Positions 26,101 to 39,081 of a DNA stretch of 64,000 bases are shown here, piece after piece. The notes under the pieces were generated by a model, which had not been told where the DNA came from, searched no databases, and saw only the letters and a list, made by a program, of their open reading frames with translations. The position numbers were made by a program, and so were the translations under genes. The DNA comes from Eledone cirrhosa (Eukaryota): NCBI GenBank assembly GCA_964016885.1, contig OZ024741.1:169942001-170006000 (forward strand), read 5' to 3'. Position 1 is the stretch's first letter, and each line of letters starts with the position of its first letter.

Positions 26101-27540
26101 TCCAACGGCGTCGCCGGACGTTGGACGGAGGGCCCGGTGAAGCTGCTCGGGGTCTGGTTCGGGCCAGACCTCCAGGTGGAGAAGAACTGGGGTGAGGTAT
26201 CGAACAGGGTGTTTGCGCTGACGCGGAAGTGGGCTGAGTGCAAACTATCCCTGAAAGGTCGGGCGGAGGTGGCGAACGCTTATATAGCGTCCGTCATCTA
26301 TTACCGCCTGACCGTCGTGCTTTACCCAAGGGAAACCCTTACCAAAATGGAGCGCACACTCTTCCAATTCCTTTGGAAGAAGCGGGCTCCTTTGGTGAGG
26401 AGATCCATCTGCTGTCAACACCCTTCGAAAGGAGGGTTGGGGTGCCGTGGCTGCTGATGCGTAAACACGCATTAAGGCTACGGCACCTCCAGGTATTTCT
26501 CACCGGTCAACCGGTGTGGGCCCCGTTTGTGAGGCGAGCCTTTCCGAGACTCATCTCGCTCACCGAGCTGCCGTCCTGGGTCAAGCAAAGACCGAGAAAA
26601 CCGGGCACCTGGCACACCGAGTGTGCCCAGGCGCTCAGGGCTCTCTGGCAGGCGGATCCGACTATCGGTGGAACTCCACCTCGTCATTCTATAGAGGGAT
26701 GGTGGTTAGTAGATGCTAGGACGCCCTCGCACAAGCCCTAGGCATGGAGGAAGACGAACTGGCCAGCCTATTCGGGAGAACATTTGGCCCGGGACCTATG
26801 GACAACTTCCAGAAGTCTCTGGCCTGGCAGTGCTACTGAGGGGCGCTGCCCGTTCGAGAAAAGCTCTACAAACACGGGCGCCCGGGTAGGGACCCCTCAA
26901 AATAAATCTGTCCCAGATGCGTGCGCGACGAGGAAACCGTTGCGCACGCATTGGTACACTGCTCGATCTGTGGGGCTATGTCGAACGACTGCTGTCACGG
27001 GCGGGACCAATCCGGTTGACCGCTGAGTCCATTGTAACTTCAAGCCGCCTCCCCGCTTCAACAATGAAGGAGAGGCGGTCTTCCTCTGTGTAATAGCCAT
27101 GGTGAAAGAGGTGGTATGGTGGACACGTTTGAAAGGGTTGAGGTCGGATACCTTTCTCTCCGGCCAACAACTGGTCCTTTTCTTTAAATACCATTTTAAG
27201 AGAAGGATCAGAATGGAGAGAGAGGTGCTCAACCGCAGCAAGTTTTATGAAAGGTGGGTGAAAGTAGCGAGAATGGCCCGTGTGAATGGGCCTTCTCTCT
27301 TTATAAGCCTGTAGGTGAAAAGGTGGAAGTGCAAAGGAGCACCCCATCTCTGTGCTCCTAAGGAAAAGGGTTGCACACTTTTTCGGGGGGGGGGGGTGTA
27401 ACCCCCAAAACGCCTCCTTCCTATTGAGGACTGTATTGTTCATTTTATATTTGTTATTTGTTTTTTACTCGTTCCTTTATGTAAACTCCCCCGCCTGTAT
27501 TTGTCCCCTTCTTTTGTGCCTCGTGGCAAATAAATAGAAA
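23170..27540 (+). mobile_element. Tx1/L1-clade LINE copy 1 (internally deleted, disrupted)
   Basis: ORF1 remnant 23377-24242 fused to mid-APE (RPDFF..VGDWN..SDH). Stop at 24752; RT motifs DQSKAFD, QGCPLS, YADD; later frameshifts. (TATC)n on both sides. Confidence 0.9.
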
Positions 27541-27541
27541 C

Positions 27542-27580
<39 letters not shown>

Positions 27581-27582
<2 letters not shown>

Positions 27583-30500
27583 ATCTTCCGCGGCTTGGAG
27601 GGAGTTGTTTAGAGACGCCGCCGTCCCGGGTCGTTCGAAGTGGTCGGTGGAGTTCGCGGAATGCTCTTTGGAACTCGCTGAGGGGTTCACGGTGGAGGGC
27701 TGGCATAGGCTGGAGGGAAGCCTGGACGATTGGATCGCCTCCCTCCGGCCGCTTGGATCAACTCCCTCCAAGCCGCGGAAGATGACCCTAGTTCGTCGTC
27801 AGACGAGGAGGAGCACTTCCACACAATCAAAAGAAAAAAAAGAAAACACACCTCAGACACACAAATGAAAAAAAACCCTCCCCAAAACATAACACTGACA
27901 CCAACACAAAAGAGCTCACAACAGCAAACAAAAAACACCACACAAAAACAAAAACATGCATACACATACATAAATACAAGAAACAAAAAACTGTTAAACA
28001 TTGTGTACAACAACAATCTAATAAAAACACAAGGGCCTAACTTCACCCAGGCAGGGGATTTCCCCCACCTCAAAATGATTAAGGCCCCACAGGACACCTA
28101 TAAAACTTTAAAAAACAATTTTAAAGAGGACGTGGGTCCCCCCTGCGTCGGGCCCATTAACCGCGTCCTCCTAAAAAACTATCCCACCCCCTCCCCAAAC
28201 ACCCTCACAACTCCAAGCTCCCCAACCACACAACACACTGATGCCCCCACACTTCCACAAACCACCACCCCACCCAACAACCCATCCCCCACCCTAATGG
28301 AAATTGTGCAGCCCGATACCCGGGACGCAGAGAGGTAAGTGCCTTTTCTCTTCACCACCAACATGGCTATGCTAAGAGTAGGCTGTTTAAATGCGCGTGG
28401 CCTGGGCTCAACTTGGAAGCAAGCAATGCTTCTAAATGACCTCAGGTCACAACGTATAGATGTGATGGTTATTTGCGAGGCCCGGATCAGCAACGTGCGA
28501 CAGCTGGCCCCCACCTTTGATGACTTTGAGATGCACGCATCTCTCTGTCAGCCCGGAGGTGGGGGTGGAGTTGTCGTTCTGCTGCAAAAACATCTGGGTC
28601 TCGCAACACAGATGGTACATTTGGACCCGGAGGGTCGACTAGTGGTTCTGGACCTTGGCAGTGGTAAAGGCGGAGCGTTTAGGTTGGTAGCCGCCTACGG
28701 CCCTTTCGGGTCAATGCGGCCGGACTTCTTCCATCGTCTGGAGACTTTTCTAGGGACGTCCCGCTCCTTGCTATTAGTGGGGGACTGGAATGGTATCCTA
28801 GATGCACGCTGGGACTACGTAGGGGCCTGCCCCGATAGAGAGGGGTGTAATAGCCTCAAAGGGTTAATCGGTCGATTTGACCTGGCCGATAGATATCGAC
28901 TAGATTTTCCGACTGCGCCAACCTGGACTTGGGCAAATCGTAGCGGATCATCTAGGTCGTACCTAGATAGGTTCTTAGTTAGAATTAAGGATAAGGACTT
29001 TTTAAGTTGTCCAAAAATGCGCATTGTTGGCTATTCAGACCACAAATTAGTGACCTGCATGGTCAACCTTGACAGAACTCATAGACAGGGCCCCGGTTAC
29101 TGGAAGCTCAACTTGTCCTTGCCGGCAAGTAGAGCCTACAGGAATCGGATTAGTACGTTAGTTAAGGAACGGTTGACTGGAGCGATCGTCAACAGCAGGT
29201 GGTGGGTATCTCTAAAGAGAGAGATTAGAGTAGTCTCGATAGAATTTAGTAAGGTTCTAGCTGCGGATAGGAATAGGAAGGAAAGGGAGCTAATAGATAG
29301 AGTAGAAGAGGCAATTAGAAGCGGCGACGTGGCCAGAGTGCTAGCGTCGAGAACGGCTTTGAGCCAGTTTTTCGACGCGAAGCACGAAGGCTGCGTTGTC
29401 CGAAGTAAAATACGTGCTCTAGGGAACGAGGGGACCAAAGCTGTTAGCTGGGCCCGCGTGACAGAGGCCAACAGTGGAACTAAATCCACCATCCGGTCTT
29501 TGCGAGACCTGGATGGACGGGCGATTCTTGAGCCTAAGCAGATGTGTGAGGCCTTTCAAAGGCACTTTGCCCGACTGTTCGGGAGGGGCGGGGAGCCGGT
29601 TGGGAACGTGGACTTCGGTCCATACCTCGACGGCCTGCCGCGCCTCTCGGACAGGGAGGCGAAGTCCTGCGAAGAGCCGATTTCGGCCGCTGAGATAGAG
29701 GACGTGCTGAGCCAATGCGGCAAACGCAAATCCCCGGGTCTCGATGGTCTTCCTTACGAATTATATCTAGCTATGCCGGACTTGTTCCCCGATCTCCTCG
29801 AGGCGGTCTACTGCAACTGGCAACAGAACGGGAGAATTCCCTGTACTGTGACCAAGGGCGTAGTCACGCTAGTGAGGAAGGACGAGAACAAGGGGGACGA
29901 AATAAGTAACTTCAGGCCCATAACACTGCTAAATACAGAGTTACAGATTTTGGCCAAGGTGCTAGCAAAGAGGTTGGCGCTTGTCGTGGGCAACCTGGTG
30001 GGAGATGCGCAGACATGCGCTATCCCGTCCAGGTCCATCCATGACAACCTCCACCTCATGCGATACATCATAGAGAGGGTTGGGAACGAACCCGGCTTTG
30101 GTGGGGCTCTGATCAACTTGGATCAATCTAAGGCGTTCGATAGGGTCGACCATGGTTACCTGGATGCGGTGCTAGCGGCGGCAGGCTTCGGACCCGTTTT
30201 CAGGGGCTGGATCACTGCTATGCACAGCAGCCGCATCTGCTCTAGGGTCAAGGTGAATGGCTACCTCTCGGAGCCGTTCAAAATCGCGCGGTCCATCCGA
30301 CAAGGGTGCCCTCTCTCCTCCCTTCTGTATGTGTTGACTCTCGAGCCACTACTGCGGAAGTTGGAGTTGTTGCAGGGCATCCCTTTGGAACCGGGATTGC
30401 GGAAAGCGGTGTCGGCCTACGCCGATGACGTGACAGTAATGGTGTCGACGGCCTCCGAAATCGAGGCGGTCGGCACCTTACTGGAGGAGTACGAAAAGTT

Positions 30501-32062
30501 CACAGGGGCTAAGCTGAACCGGGACAAGTCGATCGGTTTGCAACTCGGCACGTGGAGGGGCAGACCGATGCCCTCCGATAGCGTCGTCGGACGCTGGACG
30601 GAGGGCCCGGTGAAGTTGCTCGGGGTCTGGTTCGGACCGGACCTCCAGGTGGAGAAAAACTGGGCGGAGGTTACGAACAGGGTGTTTGCACTGACCCAGA
30701 AGTGGGCCAGTTGCAAACTATCCTTGAAAGGCCGGGCGGAGGTGGCGAACACCTACATAGCGTCCGTCATCTACTACCGCCTGACCGTAGTGCCCTGCCC
30801 AAGGGAAACCCTCACCAAGATGGAGCGCGCGCTCTTCCAATTCCTTTGGAAGAGGCGGGCTCCTATGGTGAGGAGATCCATCTGCTGTCAACACCCTTCG
30901 AAAGGAGGGCTGGGGATGCCGTGGCTAATGATGCGTAAACACGCATTAAGGCTACGGCACCTCTACGTATTCCTCACCGGACAACCGGTGTGGGCCTCGT
31001 TTGTGAGACGAACCTTTCCCAGACTCGTCTCACTCACCGAGCTGCAATCCTGGGTCAAGCAAAGACCGAGAAAACTGGGCGCCTGGCACACTGAGTGTGC
31101 CCAGGCGCTCACCGCCCTCTGGCAGGCGGATCCGGTTATCAGTGGAGACTCCACCGCAACATTCTATAGAGGGCTGGTACGCAGCAGGTGCGACGACGCC
31201 CTCGGAGAAGCCCTAGACATGGAGGAGGACGAACTGGCCAGCCTGTTCGGTAGGACATTCAGCCCGGGACCTATGGACAACTTCCAGAAGTCCCTGGCCT
31301 GGCAGTGCTACCGAGGGGCTTTACCCGTTCGAGAAAGGCTCTACAGACACGGGCGCCCGGGTAGGGACCCCGCCAAAAAGATCTGTCCCAGATGCGTGTG
31401 CGACGAGGAAACCGTTGCACACGCATTAGTACACTGCTCGGGCGTAGCCGATCTGTGGGGCTATGTCGAACAACTGCTGTCAAGGGTGGGACCGATCCGG
31501 TTGACCACCGAGTCTATTGTAATGATCAAGCCGCCTCCCCCCTTCAAAGATGAAGCAGAGGCGGTGTTTCTGTGCGTAATAGCCATGGCGAAAGAGGTTG
31601 TATGGTGGACGCGTCTGAAAGGACTGAGGTCGGGCACCTTTCTCTCTGGCCAACAACTGGTCCGTTTCTTCCGATATCATTTCGGAAGAAGGATCAGGAT
31701 GGAGAGAGAGGTGCTGCACCCCAGCCGTTTCTATGAAAGATGGGTGAAAGTGGCGAGAATGGCCCGTGTGAATGGGCCTTCACTCTACATCAGACTATAG
31801 GTGAGGAAGATGAAAGACCAAGGGAGCACCCCTTCTCTGTGCTCCTGAGGAGAAGGGTTGCACACTTTTTTCGGGGGTGTGTGCGACCCCCCAAGGCGCC
31901 TCCTCTCTATTGAGGATTTTGTTAAAAATTTTATTTTTTGTTATATCTTATTTTATTTTTATATTTTGTTATTGCCTTCTCCTTATTGAGGACGCCTTTT
32001 TGTGTAAACTCCCCCCTTTGTACTTGTCCCACTTTTGATGCCCCAGTGGCAAATAAAAGAAA
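27581..32062 (+). mobile_element. Tx1/L1-clade LINE copy 2
   Basis: 5' inverted segment, ORF1 remnant 27730-28338, intact ORF2, 3' UTR ending gtggcAAATAAA then (TATC)n. Confidence 0.92.
28363..31800 (+). CDS. LINE ORF2: APE endonuclease + RT + CCHC finger (open frame)
   Basis: LNARG, GDWN, YLDRF, SDH; SPGLDG, FRPITLLN, KAFDRVDH, QGCPLS, YADD; CPRC..ETVAHALVHC. First ATG at 28363. Confidence 0.95.
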   Translation: MAMLRVGCLNARGLGSTWKQAMLLNDLRSQRIDVMVICEARISNVRQLAPTFDDFEMHASLCQPGGGGGVVVLLQKHLGLATQMVHLDPEGRLVVLDLGSGKGGAFRLVAAYGPFGSMRPDFFHRLETFLGTSRSLLLVGDWNGILDARWDYVGACPDREGCNSLKGLIGRFDLADRYRLDFPTAPTWTWANRSGSSRSYLDRFLVRIKDKDFLSCPKMRIVGYSDHKLVTCMVNLDRTHRQGPGYWKLNLSLPASRAYRNRISTLVKERLTGAIVNSRWWVSLKREIRVVSIEFSKVLAADRNRKERELIDRVEEAIRSGDVARVLASRTALSQFFDAKHEGCVVRSKIRALGNEGTKAVSWARVTEANSGTKSTIRSLRDLDGRAILEPKQMCEAFQRHFARLFGRGGEPVGNVDFGPYLDGLPRLSDREAKSCEEPISAAEIEDVLSQCGKRKSPGLDGLPYELYLAMPDLFPDLLEAVYCNWQQNGRIPCTVTKGVVTLVRKDENKGDEISNFRPITLLNTELQILAKVLAKRLALVVGNLVGDAQTCAIPSRSIHDNLHLMRYIIERVGNEPGFGGALINLDQSKAFDRVDHGYLDAVLAAAGFGPVFRGWITAMHSSRICSRVKVNGYLSEPFKIARSIRQGCPLSSLLYVLTLEPLLRKLELLQGIPLEPGLRKAVSAYADDVTVMVSTASEIEAVGTLLEEYEKFTGAKLNRDKSIGLQLGTWRGRPMPSDSVVGRWTEGPVKLLGVWFGPDLQVEKNWAEVTNRVFALTQKWASCKLSLKGRAEVANTYIASVIYYRLTVVPCPRETLTKMERALFQFLWKRRAPMVRRSICCQHPSKGGLGMPWLMMRKHALRLRHLYVFLTGQPVWASFVRRTFPRLVSLTELQSWVKQRPRKLGAWHTECAQALTALWQADPVISGDSTATFYRGLVRSRCDDALGEALDMEEDELASLFGRTFSPGPMDNFQKSLAWQCYRGALPVRERLYRHGRPGRDPAKKICPRCVCDEETVAHALVHCSGVADLWGYVEQLLSRVGPIRLTTESIVMIKPPPPFKDEAEAVFLCVIAMAKEVVWWTRLKGLRSGTFLSGQQLVRFFRYHFGRRIRMEREVLHPSRFYERWVKVARMARVNGPSLYIRL

Positions 32063-32064
32063 TA

Positions 32065-32117
<53 letters not shown>

Positions 32118-32171
32118 GTGGCTAATAAAGAAACATATCTATCTCTCTCTTTATATATATATATATATATA

Positions 32172-32362
32172 CGAGGGCAATCCCAAAAGTAAGGTCTCCT
32201 TCCGATATTGCAACTTCCGATATTGCCACTTTTCCGTTAAAATCCTGTGGATGGTGCTTCGGGAAACCTGAGGAACCAAAATGCAGAGAGCATCCAGAGT
32301 GATCCGCCGATCTTTACGCATGTTTTCCTCAGAAGGAGACCTTACTTTTGGGATTGCCTTCG
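32172..32362. mobile_element. mariner-type MITE
   Basis: 29-bp TIR CGAGGGCAATCCCAAAAGTAAGGTCTCCT (1 mismatch), TA on both flanks. Confidence 0.9.
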
Positions 32363-32799
32363 TATATAATAACTGCGCGAAATTCGCACTTGGCGGTAGC
32401 GTTCAACGAGAGTTCCATTCTCAACGGGTGCCAAGCCAAGATTGAGCATCCCAGCGTTTCCATGTAATTAGTTTCTTTTTGTGTATTGACCTGTTACACG
32501 CGTTTCGCAGAGGATTGGTTCAAGTTCATCCATAGTAGTAAGGACTTGACTCCATTATCAAAATAGAAATTAGAGAGACTTGAAAAAAAAAAAACAGCGC
32601 TGCTTTAGTCTGGTCGTTTACATACGCCTTTAAATCTATATATTTTCATCAATATTTACAATTAAAAAATAATAAATGAAACAGAAAAAAGAGAAAGAAG
32701 AAAAAAAAGAGAATTAAGTAAGAAAAGAAAGAGAGAGGCGGGATGGATGACTTTACACCCCAATCTGAGCGGTGATTCGCTGTGCCCTGCAGAAAAAAA

Positions 32800-34030
32800 T
32801 ATTGAAGACATTACCACGAAGAAAGGCCATCGACATCCGCGGGCCTCACCGAGGACACCAGAATTCTCGACTGCTACCGGTAACAAAATGAAGCTGTCAA
32901 GTTCCTGAATTTGTTAATCTTCCTCTCCTCTCCATTGCGGGCAGCAGTGCTCAACTTTGCGGCCGAAGCTACAAAGTTGGAGGAGGTGAACGAGACGCAA
33001 CACGTCGCGTCACAGATTAGAGATGTACACTCCTTGACTGGAAAGAGGATTATTCCGTCAGGGCGTTTACCATTGCATCGGTCGAGACCAGCTGGATTCA
33101 GTTGTAACGAGAAGCAAGATGCGTCGAGATGCCTCTTGATGCTGTTCAGAGCTACGTGTCTAGGAAATTAGTCTGTACAAAATTGGCATGTTAGCGGGTG
33201 CAGGCCGAACTCGTCAACAACTGCCCCACAACAGCCTTTATGTGGCTTGGATACGTGGAGGTTGTGGCGCTGGGCTACTCCAATGCGAATACATTCTTCA
33301 TCATCAAGAGTACCGGTGGGTGAGGAGGGCACTGTATTGAGACACTCGTTGCTGTTTGGTTGCAAAACGGTGCTGGTCCAAGGAAGACACAATCCGTCTT
33401 CGTCGGTACAATTTGTCAGAGCTCACTACAGTTAACGGGCCACGTCAGATTTTGCCGTCTTACAGATGAAATCGCCGCTGAGGATGCGGCTGTTCGAAAT
33501 TGAGAGATCAGACGGCAATACAAGGTCTGAAGTGGAGTGGATGCCGAGGCCTCCGAACTTTCCAGGAAGTTTTGCCCTTTCTCAACCGGCCTTGTCGAAG
33601 TTAACATTGCATATGAGTTCAGCTTATGAGTTCAACACACCGTGAAAAGTAGTTTGAGGAGAGCGAAGCAGTTCCTCAGGAGGAAGAGTGCGGGGTGTGC
33701 GAGAATATAGACCGTCTTTCGGCGTTAGCCGAGCACCAAACAGAACAGTCTGTGAGGTACTCTGCTGGATACCTGTGTCAGATGACTTTGGTGTCAGCAG
33801 CCATAAATAATCAAGGGGAAATAACGAGGGATCAGGTCTTAGACACGTTTTTAAGATGTGAATCATCCTAACGCTGCTGAAGCCATTTTATCTGTCCAGC
33901 TTCACTAGGAGGCAAAGTAACGAAGGAAGTGTGTGCTTTCTGTAATATCTGACCGCATGGGCAGCAGCCTCATATCCACTTCACTTTCAACTCTCTCTCC
34001 GAGCTGGACAGGACTTAAGGACTTAATACT
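32800..34030 (-). pseudogene. degenerate CRE-like (REL endonuclease) non-LTR retrotransposon
   Basis: GYEAAAHAVR..VKLD..GFSSVR; CCGAVVDEFGLHPLTC; EPAGLDRCNGKRPDG; many stops and frameshifts. Confidence 0.75.
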
Positions 34031-34663
34031 TCCCTCAGATTATCCTTGACCGACCTGCACTCCATAACTTAAATGGACTGTTCTGTGTTATCGCCACGAT
34101 GTATTTATACAATTTCAGGTTACTTCACATTTCATTTCATACGACTCCATTCTGATTAAAAACATTTTCAGAAATCTAATGACCTCAAGAGGTTTGTAGA
34201 TTCTTTTGAAGAATTTTCTTTCGATGGGAATTGAGATAGTTTGTTTTAAACAAAAATACATTTCATAAAATACTCTGATTAACTCCACCATCTCTAATGG
34301 GGAATTTTATAGATATCTTGAGAATATTCCAAGCATAGGTACTGTTTATATAGCTAGAGTAACAAAGGAATACTTCAGCAAACTTGAGGAGGTACAAAAG
34401 CCAAATCAATAATATAACGGAAAGTTATTGAAATAGTACTTGTACTCTCTTATCTTCTTTCACTATTTCGCTATCGCTTTCTCCCACTCTCTCGCTAACT
34501 CCGTGTTTTTGGTGGGCAAATTCAAAATGTGAACAAGGGAACCCAGTACTCTGCACAAACCGAATGAGAATCACTCGACCAGGCGTTATTAAACAAACAA
34601 ATAATTAATCAATCAATGGAATTGTCTAATTAAATTAATAAATTAATTATTAGTGCCTAGGAG

Positions 34664-34936
34664 ATAATAATTGTTTCTACTTTTGGCACAAGGCCAGCAA
34701 TTATCCCAGTGTATTACTGGTACTTTATTTTATCGACCTAGAAGATAATAATTGTTTCTACGTATGGCACAAGGCCAGCAATTACCCAGTACATTACTGG
34801 TACTTTATTTTATCGACCCCCGTAAGGATGAAAGGCAAAGTTAACCTCGGCGGGATTTGAACTCAGAATGACAAGGACCGTAACTCTATACGTCAAAGCA
34901 TGGCGTCCGATCCTCTACCGATACTGCCAATCCACT
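34664..34936 (-). mobile_element. SINE family S1 with duplicated 3' part
   Basis: Partial copy 34664-34740 directly followed by full copy 34744-34936. Confidence 0.85.
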
Positions 34937-35129
34937 AGGAATTATGCAGCCAAGCACTCCATGAGAAAGCTCAGAGTAATAACATTCGTTAAACGGCATG
35001 ACAAATTGAAAACTGTGGCAGGCAAGTCTAGCCACGACAACGAAGCAACGAAAAAAACCAACAGGTTAATAAACAAATCTGGACTGTCTCAGAGGCAGAG
35101 TGTCGTTTCTCCGATAGGTTTCTTACATT

Positions 35130-35300
35130 ATAGAAATGGCTTCTACAGGACTAGAACTGTTTCATTCGGGAGAAATCATTTTTTTCCGAATGAAACAGTT
35201 GTAGTCCTGTAGAAGCCATTTGTATATTAAATATTTATACTCTGCTATGTATTGAGTACCTTACTTACTGTGGTTACTCCAGATTGAACCCGTGATAAAC
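35130..35300 (+). mobile_element. family E mini fold-back
   Basis: aatggcttctacaggacta.aactgtttcattcgg / ccgaatgaaacagtt.tagtcctgtagaagccatt plus a tail. Confidence 0.75.
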
Positions 35301-35466
35301 ATATATATATATATATATATATGAATTTGAATTTTATTAACTTACTGGTAATAAGGTAGTAATATATTACTGCCTACCACTATTTAGGGTTTATATAAAA
35401 ATATATATAACTGCAAAAGGTTTTTGTATTTACATAACCATAAATAGTATAATTAATACTAATTAA

Positions 35467-35497
<31 letters not shown>

Positions 35498-35500
<3 letters not shown>

Positions 35501-35842
35501 GTAATTTGATTTTTTCGATTCGTTTGTAATTATGCAAACAGCCTCTTTAAAGCCATGTCAGTAGAATGACCACACCATTCTTGCTCCTGTATCGGCTGAT
35601 CAGTCAATGTATGTTTTAGAAAATATATATTTTCACTAGCTCTGACAGATGGCAATAAGCAGCATACTGTACTGATGAAGGGTAATTACCCAGAAATGTT
35701 AGTGTCTGCAGTTCTGTTTACATACCGACACAGGAACAAAAATAACGAGGTAATTTTACTGACATGGCTTTAAAGAGGCTGTTCGCATAATTGCAAACAA
35801 ATCGAATATTATCATTATTATTCGAAAAACTCAGATTACATA
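35498..35842. mobile_element. fold-back element containing one hammerhead
   Basis: Arms ~35498-35572 and ~35748-35842 are inverted. Confidence 0.7.
35666..35712 (+). ncRNA. type-I hammerhead ribozyme motif
   Basis: actgta-CTGATGA-agggtaattaccca-GAAA-tgttagtg-TC-tgcagt. Confidence 0.8.
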
Positions 35843-35907
35843 TATTGCATTTAGCCATGTAGAGCGACAAACTATGTGTTACTTATTAGACACACACACA
35901 CCACACA

Positions 35908-36029
<122 letters not shown>

Positions 36030-36119
36030 CTATATATACATATATATCTATATATATCTATATATATCTATATATATAATGGAAACATTGTTTCCCCGAT
36101 TTGACAAAAGTCGATCGTA

Positions 36120-36490
36120 TCTTTTTCTCAATTTGTTTACCAAAATCTTTTATCTGAAAACGTGTGTTGAAACTGATATTGTTATACTTTGGGAGGGTCA
36201 TGTTGCTAATAAGAAACACACGCACCAGTGAATATGGCGTAGTACAGAACAAAGGAGAGACACAAAGCAAAGAAAAGAATCACCAGTCACTGAAGAGGTC
36301 ACAATTTTTGACGAAAGAACTTTGACAATATATGAACAACCGCCCGGTTGTGGAACCAACCAACCAACCAACCAACCAACCGGAAATTTATTTATAAATT
36401 TTTTAAATTTATAATATAATTTATAATAAATTGGAGTGAAAGCAGCTGGTGCGTGTGTTTCTTATTGGCAACATGACCCTCCCAAAGTAT

Positions 36491-36495
<5 letters not shown>
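36120..36495. mobile_element. PLE family B terminal fold-back with hammerhead at 36286-36326
   Basis: Homologous to 15858-16425. Confidence 0.8.
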
Positions 36496-36532
<37 letters not shown>

Positions 36533-36718
36533 ATAATAATAATAATAGTAATAATAATAAATTTGAAGACTAAAATCCAAAGAAGGCTCGATAAGGATAA
36601 ATATATATCAAATATATAAGAACCGTAGAGCAAATATATATATATATAGGTTAGTTTCAGAAGATCCCGTTAAGGGTGAAAGCAGCGATTCTTTGCTTAA
36701 ACTTTAATCTGTTATTTT

Positions 36719-36796
<78 letters not shown>

Positions 36797-37312
36797 TAGT
36801 TGAAAATGAACGAAAAAAATACAGTAGGCAATGCTACGCAGTTATCTATACATATACATTTACACATCTCTCACATTTCCTCTCTCTCTCTCTCTTCATA
36901 CATCACCTTCCTTTCCCATCTTTCAACCTCTTTCCATTTCTTTCTCTCTGTCTCTCTTTCCGTTCTGTTGTTACTGGTTCACCGGCAAAAGGCTTGATTA
37001 GATACATACAGATGTGATTTCGAGAGACTAGGCCACGTCGTATGTACGCTTCATTAGTTATAAAAGCTTCATTAGTCTCAGTTCACTAGGTTTTATATAA
37101 ACACGTCTGGCTTCCCGTTTGATAACTTGGGACATTTAACCTCTGTCTTCTTTGTTGCTGTAATGGTGGCTTGCTTGTTGGCTCAATTCGTGATCGGCGA
37201 CGTTGTTAATAATGTTAAGAACGTTGATAAAGATCCAAGCTGACGATGCGATTCTATGAATATTTGAAAATGAAAATATGTGTACACAAGTGTACGTATG
37301 TATATATATATG

Positions 37313-37343
<31 letters not shown>

Positions 37344-37344
37344 G

Positions 37345-37377
<33 letters not shown>

Positions 37378-37568
37378 GTGTTTGTATGTATGTATGTATG
37401 TATGTATGTATGTATGTATGTATGTATGTATGTATCTATGTATGTATGTATGAATGTATTTATTTATTTATTTGTTCACATACACATGGACACATACGAA
37501 CGCATATGCATATATGTGAACAATGTGAACAAAACATATGCACATATGCCTGTATGTATATATGTGTG

Positions 37569-37646
<78 letters not shown>

Positions 37647-37650
37647 TATA

Positions 37651-37682
<32 letters not shown>

Positions 37683-37904
37683 AATATTTCAATCATATCT
37701 CATTTTGTTTGACCCGTTTAGCTTGTTCGCTTTTTTGGCTATGGTGGTTAATGGCTTCTTAACCATTGTCTTAGCGTGTATGACTATTTTAACTTATGTT
37801 TATAGCTCTGGTATCTTCTTCTTCATATCCATGGAGCGCTTGTCTGCACAATATGGAAGTTGCGTTTCGCCAATTTCTACCCGCCGAAAAGCGATTCTCG
37901 CTAA

Positions 37905-37968
<64 letters not shown>

Positions 37969-37997
37969 TATAGATATATAATATATATATATATATA

Positions 37998-39000
37998 CGA
38001 TATTAATAAATGGAAACTATATTTATAAAACCATATTTATTTCATTATACATATTTCAGGGATACCAAATTAAATTATGGTATGCCTTCATCAGACAAAA
38101 TACAATATATAACAGTTTTACAAATAAGCTTTGACGTACCCTATTAAAATGCAACCATTGTTTTTGGAAGTCATCCGGATAGTGATTTGTTTATATTACT
38201 TTAATAAGTCATAGTGTTAAGGACAATTAGAAAAAGACGGAGAGAAAAGAAAAAGACGGAGAGAAAAAACGTGGAGAAATATCGGAGAGAGAGAGATGCA
38301 TGGAGAAAAAAAGAAAGAGATAAGTAAAGACAGAAGGAAAGGAAAAAAGAAGAAAAAAGGAAGAAATAAGAAAACCAGAGGAAAGCAACAGAGAGATATT
38401 AAGTCAACAGACAGATAGAAAAACTCAAGAGAGAGAAATGTTATATATAGAGAGAGGGAGATTATGAAAACTTTACGTCATGTCATGTTAAGTTGAGTTA
38501 ACAATTCATATGAAATGAATAATAAAAATATAAATATTAATATTCATGAATGGGACATAGATATATAATATGAGAAATTAAACATTGTTTAATAATGACT
38601 ATATTTTTAGTTTAAACCTTGAGATCAATATACCAAAATTTGGGTTTAATTCTCAGGCAAATACACAAATATATATATATTTTTTCTAATTGTCCTTAAC
38701 ACAATGACTTATTAAAGTAATATAAACAAATCGCTATCCGCATGACTTCCAAAAACAATGGTTGCATTTTAATAGGGTACGTCAAAGCTTATTTGTAAAA
38801 CTGTTATATATTGTATTTTGTCTGATGAAGGCATACCATAATTTAATTTGGTATCCCTGAAATATGTATAATGAAATAAATATGGTTTTATAAATATAGT
38901 TTCCATTTATTAATATCGTATATCTACTCCAAATACTTGTCGAGTGCTTTATATCAGTTATAAAAATATTTACTTGTTGTATCCCAACAATTTTAAATAG
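37998..39000. mobile_element. family C fold-back with two hammerheads
   Basis: Arms ~37998-38235 and ~38682-38920; hammerheads at 38038-38102(-) and 38814-38878(+). Confidence 0.85.
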
Positions 39001-39006
39001 AACTTT

Positions 39007-39081
<75 letters not shown>

